Below are positions 59,978 through 64,000 of a stretch of DNA of 64,000 nucleotides, piece by piece. Positions within the stretch are counted from its first letter, which is position 1. Each line of letters starts with the position of its first letter. Made by a program: the position numbers and the translations under genes. This DNA comes from an uncultured Campylobacter sp. (GTDB taxonomy: Bacteria > Campylobacterota > Campylobacteria > Campylobacterales > Campylobacteraceae). The notes under the pieces are model-generated. The model made no database searches. It was given only the letters and a program-made list of their open reading frames with translations, and was not told the DNA's origin. Location: NCBI GenBank assembly GCA_963530215.1, contig CAUSCE010000008.1, positions 4,700-68,699 on the forward strand, given 5' to 3'.

Positions 59978-60602
59978 TCTTGTCCTTGCTGTTACAAAGA
60001 TCATTTAAGATACACTCATGGCAAAGCGGCTTTTTGGCTTTACAGGTGTAACGTCCAAAGAGCACCATGGCTTGATGAAGCTTGCCAAGATCTGTTTTAA
60101 AGGCATGGCTAAGATCAGCTTCAGTAGCTTCTGGCGTTTTTGCATGGCTAAGATCAAGTCTGTGCGCCACTCTAAAAACGTGCGTATCAACAGCCATAAC
60201 ATTTGCATTTGTAGCTTCTAAAAGTACGACATGAGCGGTCTTTTGTCCAACTCCAGCAAGCGCTTTTAGCTTCTCTTCATCAAGCGGAATTTCTCCATTA
60301 TAAAGCTCAACCACGCTATTTGCCATTTTGATTAAATTTACCGCTTTGTTATTAAAAAAGCTGCACGAGTTTATCATTAGTTTTAGGCTTGCTAAATTTG
60401 CGCTAGCTAGCTCATAGACATCTTTATACGATTCAAATAAAGCTGGAGTTATTAAATTTACTCTTTTGTCGGTGCACTGGGCTGAGAGCATGACACAGAC
60501 AAGAAGTTCATATAAATTTCTAAATTTAAGCTCACTTTTGGCGTCTTTAAACTCTTCTAAAAGTCTTCTTTTTATCTCTAAAATATCTTTTTTTGTTCTC
60601 AT
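59970..60602 (-). CDS. nth: Endonuclease III
   Basis: HhH-GPD motif LKALAGVGQKTAHVVL, the DTHVFRV motif and the C-terminal 4Fe-4S cluster CKAKKPLCHECILNDLC. Confidence 0.95.
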   Translation of the reverse strand: MRTKKDILEIKRRLLEEFKDAKSELKFRNLYELLVCVMLSAQCTDKRVNLITPALFESYKDVYELASANLASLKLMINSCSFFNNKAVNLIKMANSVVELYNGEIPLDEEKLKALAGVGQKTAHVVLLEATNANVMAVDTHVFRVAHRLDLSHAKTPEATEADLSHAFKTDLGKLHQAMVLFGRYTCKAKKPLCHECILNDLCNSKDKII

Positions 60603-60697
60603 TTTCGTATTTTACCTTATTTTCTTAAGTTAAATGAAAAGTTATCGCTTTATTTGATATAATCTTGCCCATAAAATCAATTTTTTAAAGGATTTAT

Positions 60698-61516
60698 ATG
60701 AAAAAATTTTTGTTTCCAGCAGTTTTAAGTTTAGCTGCAGCTGTCACTCTAAACGCAGCAGTAGTTGCAACAGTTGATGGCGATGCTATAAGCGATAGCG
60801 ATATTTCTAGCCTTTTGTCAGCAGCTATGCCAGGATTTGACGCTAGTAAGCTTCAACCAAATGAGAAAAAACGTATAATCGACGATCTAATAAATAGAAA
60901 ACTTCTTTTAAAAGATGCTAAATCAAGCGGTATCGAAAAAGATGTAGAGTACATCAAAGCTGTAAAAGCAGCGCAAGAAGGCATTGCAGTTGAGCTTTAT
61001 ATGAGAAAGCTTTTTGATGGCATAAAAGTAAGTGATAACGAACTAAAAGATTTTTACAATAAAAATAAAGCAAGTATGAACGAGCCAGCTCAAGCAAAAG
61101 CTAGACATATCCTAGTTGAAGATGAAAAAACAGCAAACGATATCATCGCTCAACTTAAAAATTTAAAAGGTGAGGCGCTAACTAAGAAATTTGCAGAGCT
61201 AGCAAGTCAAAAATCAATCGACAAAGGCTCAGCAGCACATGGTGGCGCGCTTGGCTGGTTTGGTCAAAGCCAAATGGTAAAACCTTTTGCAGACGCAGCA
61301 TTTTCAATGGCTAATGGCACAGTTTCAACTAAGCCAGTTAAAACTCAGTTTGGCTACCATGTTATCTTAAAAGAAGATGGCAAAGCTGCTGGCACTGTAA
61401 GCTTTGAGCAAGCAAAAGCAGAGATCGAGCAAGCTGTAAAAATGGAGAAATTCCAAGCTGCTGTTAGACAAAAAAGTGAAGCTCTACGCCAAAAAGCGAA
61501 GATAGAATATAAGTAA
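60698..61516 (+). CDS. Periplasmic parvulin-type peptidyl-prolyl isomerase / chaperone (PEB4/SurA-like)
   Basis: Signal peptide plus the parvulin domain [16 protein letters not shown]...[16 protein letters not shown]...[11 protein letters not shown]. Confidence 0.85.
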   Translation: MKKFLFPAVLSLAAAVTLNAAVVATVDGDAISDSDISSLLSAAMPGFDASKLQPNEKKRIIDDLINRKLLLKDAKSSGIEKDVEYIKAVKAAQEGIAVELYMRKLFDGIKVSDNELKDFYNKNKASMNEPAQAKARHILVEDEKTANDIIAQLKNLKGEALTKKFAELASQKSIDKGSAAHGGALGWFGQSQMVKPFADAAFSMANGTVSTKPVKTQFGYHVILKEDGKAAGTVSFEQAKAEIEQAVKMEKFQAAVRQKSEALRQKAKIEYK

Positions 61517-61531
61517 AATTTGGAGGATAAA

Positions 61532-62596
61532 ATGGGCGTTTTAGATATCGTAAAACCTGGTGTTTTAAGCGGAGATGATGTAACAAAACTTTATGCTTAT
61601 GCCAAAGAGCAAGGTTTTGCAATACCTGCTGTAAATGTCGTAGGCAGCGACTCGGTAAATGCTGTTTTAGAAGCGGCAAAGGTTGCTAACTCGCCTGTTA
61701 TCGTTCAGTTTAGTAATGGCGGTGCAGGTTTTTACGCTGGTAAAGCCTGCGAAAACGCAGCCGTTCTTGGTGCGATCGCTGGAGCAAAGCATGTTCATCT
61801 GCTTGCCCAGGCTTATGGCGTACCAGTCATTTTACACACTGACCACGCTGCTAGAAAGCTTTTGCCTTGGATAGATGAGCTAGTAAAAGCAAGCCATGAG
61901 TATAAAAAAACTCACGGCGTGCCGCTTTTTAGCTCTCACATGCTTGATCTTAGCGAAGAGAATATCAACGAAAATTTAAGCACGTGTGAGAAATATCTAA
62001 AAGAGCTTAGCGAGCTTGGCGTCAGCCTTGAGATCGAGCTAGGCGTAACCGGCGGCGAAGAAGATGGTGTGGATAACACAAGTGTTGATAACGCACTTCT
62101 TTACACTCAGCCAGAAGATGTCGCGCTTGCTTATGAAAAACTAAGCAAGATAAGCGATAAATTTAGCATCGCAGCTAGTTTTGGCAACGTTCACGGCGTC
62201 TATAAACCGGGCAATGTCGTGCTAAGACCAGAAATTCTTAAAAACTCACAAGCCTATGTAGCAAAGAAATTTAATACAAAAAGCGATAAGCCTGTAAATT
62301 TTGTATTTCATGGAGGTAGTGGCAGCGAGCTAAAAGATATTAAAAATGCTGTGAGCTACGGTGTTATCAAGATGAACATTGACACCGATACTCAGTGGGC
62401 TTTCTGGGATGGCGTACGCGAGTATGAGGCTAAAAATAGAGCATACTTGCAAGGGCAGATCGGCAATCCAGAGGGCGATGATAAGCCAAATAAAAAATAC
62501 TACGATCCAAGGAAATGGCTAAGAAGTGGCGAGGAGAGCATGGTTAAGCGTCTTCAGACTGCTTTTAGCGACTTAAACTGCCTAAATAGGAACTAA
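61532..62596 (+). CDS. fba: Class II fructose-bisphosphate aldolase
   Basis: The ATG at 61532 follows GGAGG. FbaA-type sequence is present (PAVNVVGSDSVNAVLEAA, HTDHA, VFHGGSGS). Confidence 0.95.
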   Translation: MGVLDIVKPGVLSGDDVTKLYAYAKEQGFAIPAVNVVGSDSVNAVLEAAKVANSPVIVQFSNGGAGFYAGKACENAAVLGAIAGAKHVHLLAQAYGVPVILHTDHAARKLLPWIDELVKASHEYKKTHGVPLFSSHMLDLSEENINENLSTCEKYLKELSELGVSLEIELGVTGGEEDGVDNTSVDNALLYTQPEDVALAYEKLSKISDKFSIAASFGNVHGVYKPGNVVLRPEILKNSQAYVAKKFNTKSDKPVNFVFHGGSGSELKDIKNAVSYGVIKMNIDTDTQWAFWDGVREYEAKNRAYLQGQIGNPEGDDKPNKKYYDPRKWLRSGEESMVKRLQTAFSDLNCLNRN

Positions 62597-62600
62597 TCCT

Positions 62601-63914
62601 ATGCAAAATCAAAATGATTTTAGTGAGCTAAGCGTGCCAAAAGAGCACCAAGCTCACTCTTTCTTTGTTTTTTTTAAAGTTATCTTTATCCCTTTAGTCA
62701 TCTATATCTTGGCAATACTAGCGTATCTTGGCGTTATAAATTTTCAGATGAAGCTTCACACCATCGTGATGATGGGCACTATACTCTTTGTCGCTTTTGT
62801 ATTTTCTCGCCACAGTGCTTTGGTCGCTTACTCAAATTTCTTAGCAAATGCCAACGACTACAAGATAAGGCTAAAAGAATTTATCATCGCTCACCTTTTT
62901 GAAATTTCAAGTGTTAAAAAGGCAAACGCTAAATTTGAAGATTTTTTTGAGGATTACACAAGAAATTTTAGAAATGACAACCTAGCAAATATCGGTCAAG
63001 CAGTTTTTCCTATGCTTGGAATTTTGGGCACATTTATCAGTATCGCTATCTCCATGCCAAGCTTTAGCTCAAGTACCGCAAACGGCCTTGAAAAAGAGAT
63101 CGCTATACTGCTAAACGGCGTGGCTACGGCGTTTTATGTATCGATTTATGGCATATTTTTAGCGCTTTGGTGGATGTTTTTTGAAAAGATCGGCGTTAGT
63201 AAATTTGAGAGATTTTACAGCGAGCAAAAAGAGTTAAGCCGTGAGTTTTTCTGGCAGGAAAATGACCTAAATGCAAATTTCATGAAAGTAAGTGTAGGCT
63301 ACTTTAAAGATAGTCACGACGCCTTTAAAATGGTGCTTGACGATAAATTTGTAAAAGAGCTAAGCGAACTGACAAATGAGAAATTTAACAGTCTAAAAGA
63401 GCTTTGTGAGGTTGAGAAAAATATCATAAATCAAAGCAAAGCAGAGCTTAGCGCAAATTTAAAAATGCTAAATGAAGCTGGCCTAAAACAAGATGAGTTT
63501 GCAAAAATCCACTCTGATATGCTAAAGGCAGTAAGCGCATTTTCTAATGCCTTTAAAGATATGGAGGTCAAAATTTTAACTGAGCATGCAAAGCTTGGTG
63601 AAATTTTTAGCAGAAATTTAAACGCCACAAAAGAGAGCCAGCTTAAATTTGAGCAGACCATAAAGAGCTTTGATAAGGTTTTAAGAGAATTTTCTCTCTC
63701 TTTGATGAAAGAGCAAAACGACGCACTAAAGGCATTTAGAACCTCGCTTGTGGAGAGTGCTACGATATTTAAGGCAGCTTATGAGCAAGAGGGTAGGAGC
63801 TTGGAGCGTGAAAAAGAGCGCGAGAGTCTCATAGCTGAGCTTAAGAAGAATATAGACGAGATCGATAAAGAAGCAAATTCTGTAATAGAAAAAATCGAAA
63901 ATCTAGTGCAATGA
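62601..63914 (+). CDS. MotA/TolQ/ExbB-family proton-channel-like membrane protein with a helical C-terminal tail of about 240 aa
   Basis: Two N-terminal TM helices. The MotA_ExbB core is IGQAVFPMLGILGTFISIAISM ... LNGVATAFYVSIYGIFLALWWMFF. A long Lys/Glu/Leu-rich region follows and is presumably coiled-coil. Confidence 0.7.
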   Translation: MQNQNDFSELSVPKEHQAHSFFVFFKVIFIPLVIYILAILAYLGVINFQMKLHTIVMMGTILFVAFVFSRHSALVAYSNFLANANDYKIRLKEFIIAHLFEISSVKKANAKFEDFFEDYTRNFRNDNLANIGQAVFPMLGILGTFISIAISMPSFSSSTANGLEKEIAILLNGVATAFYVSIYGIFLALWWMFFEKIGVSKFERFYSEQKELSREFFWQENDLNANFMKVSVGYFKDSHDAFKMVLDDKFVKELSELTNEKFNSLKELCEVEKNIINQSKAELSANLKMLNEAGLKQDEFAKIHSDMLKAVSAFSNAFKDMEVKILTEHAKLGEIFSRNLNATKESQLKFEQTIKSFDKVLREFSLSLMKEQNDALKAFRTSLVESATIFKAAYEQEGRSLEREKERESLIAELKKNIDEIDKEANSVIEKIENLVQ

Positions 63915-64000
63915 AAATAAACAAAAATAACGAAGATCAATCAAGCTTTTGGGTTTCGTACGCGGACTTGATGGCGGGTCTGCTCTTTGTTTTTATGCTG
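63911..64000 (+). CDS. MotB/OmpA-like partner protein, N-terminal fragment (runs off the right edge)
   Basis: ATGA overlap with the upstream gene. The translation MKINKNNEDQSSFWVSYADLMAGLLFVFML matches the WxxxYADLMTxLLxFF N-terminal TM motif of MotB-like proteins. Confidence 0.6.
   Translation, partial: MKINKNNEDQSSFWVSYADLMAGLLFVFML

Overview
AT-rich, gene-dense chromosomal window that looks epsilonproteobacterial, most likely Campylobacter. The evidence is the tmRNA tag ANNVNFAPAYAKAA, a MOMP/PorA-type porin, a HobA homolog, a PEB4-like PPIase, and the lysC-hobA-holB-folP-ligA-tlyA-ribF-cmoA gene order. About 75 CDS, four tRNAs (Asp, Val, Glu, Lys) and ssrA are supported, and most of it is housekeeping: ribosomal proteins, replication, Tat export, cofactor, pyrimidine and LPS biosynthesis, the hrcA-grpE-dnaK operon, flhA. 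No clear novel multi-gene system is visible from sequence alone. The points most worth a second look are: (1) a P4/CP4-57-type integrase N-terminus next to the 3' end of ssrA at the left edge, so an integrated island probably lies just outside the window; (2) a stand-alone cytoplasmic FdhF-type selenoprotein with an in-frame UGA and a SECIS-like hairpin, which the ORF track splits in two; (3) an overlapping operon of a Tat-exported transglutaminase-like protein, a MerT-like membrane protein and a MerP-like periplasmic metal-binding protein; (4) an XRE/HigA2-like HTH gene tightly coupled to an unlisted 57-aa ORF in an extremely AT-rich island; (5) a MotA/ExbB-like channel protein with a long helical tail plus a MotB/OmpA-like partner (ZorAB-like architecture), cut off by the right edge; (6) a Glu-type tRNA with a non-canonical anticodon arm; (7) several smaller oddities: an N-terminally truncated NADAR gene, a DegT-family protein apparently lacking the PLP lysine, an AT-rich orphan gene, and a small Cys-rich lipoprotein ORF overlapping the predicted cmoB start. 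All functional calls come from reading the translated ORFs and motifs by eye. No searches were run.
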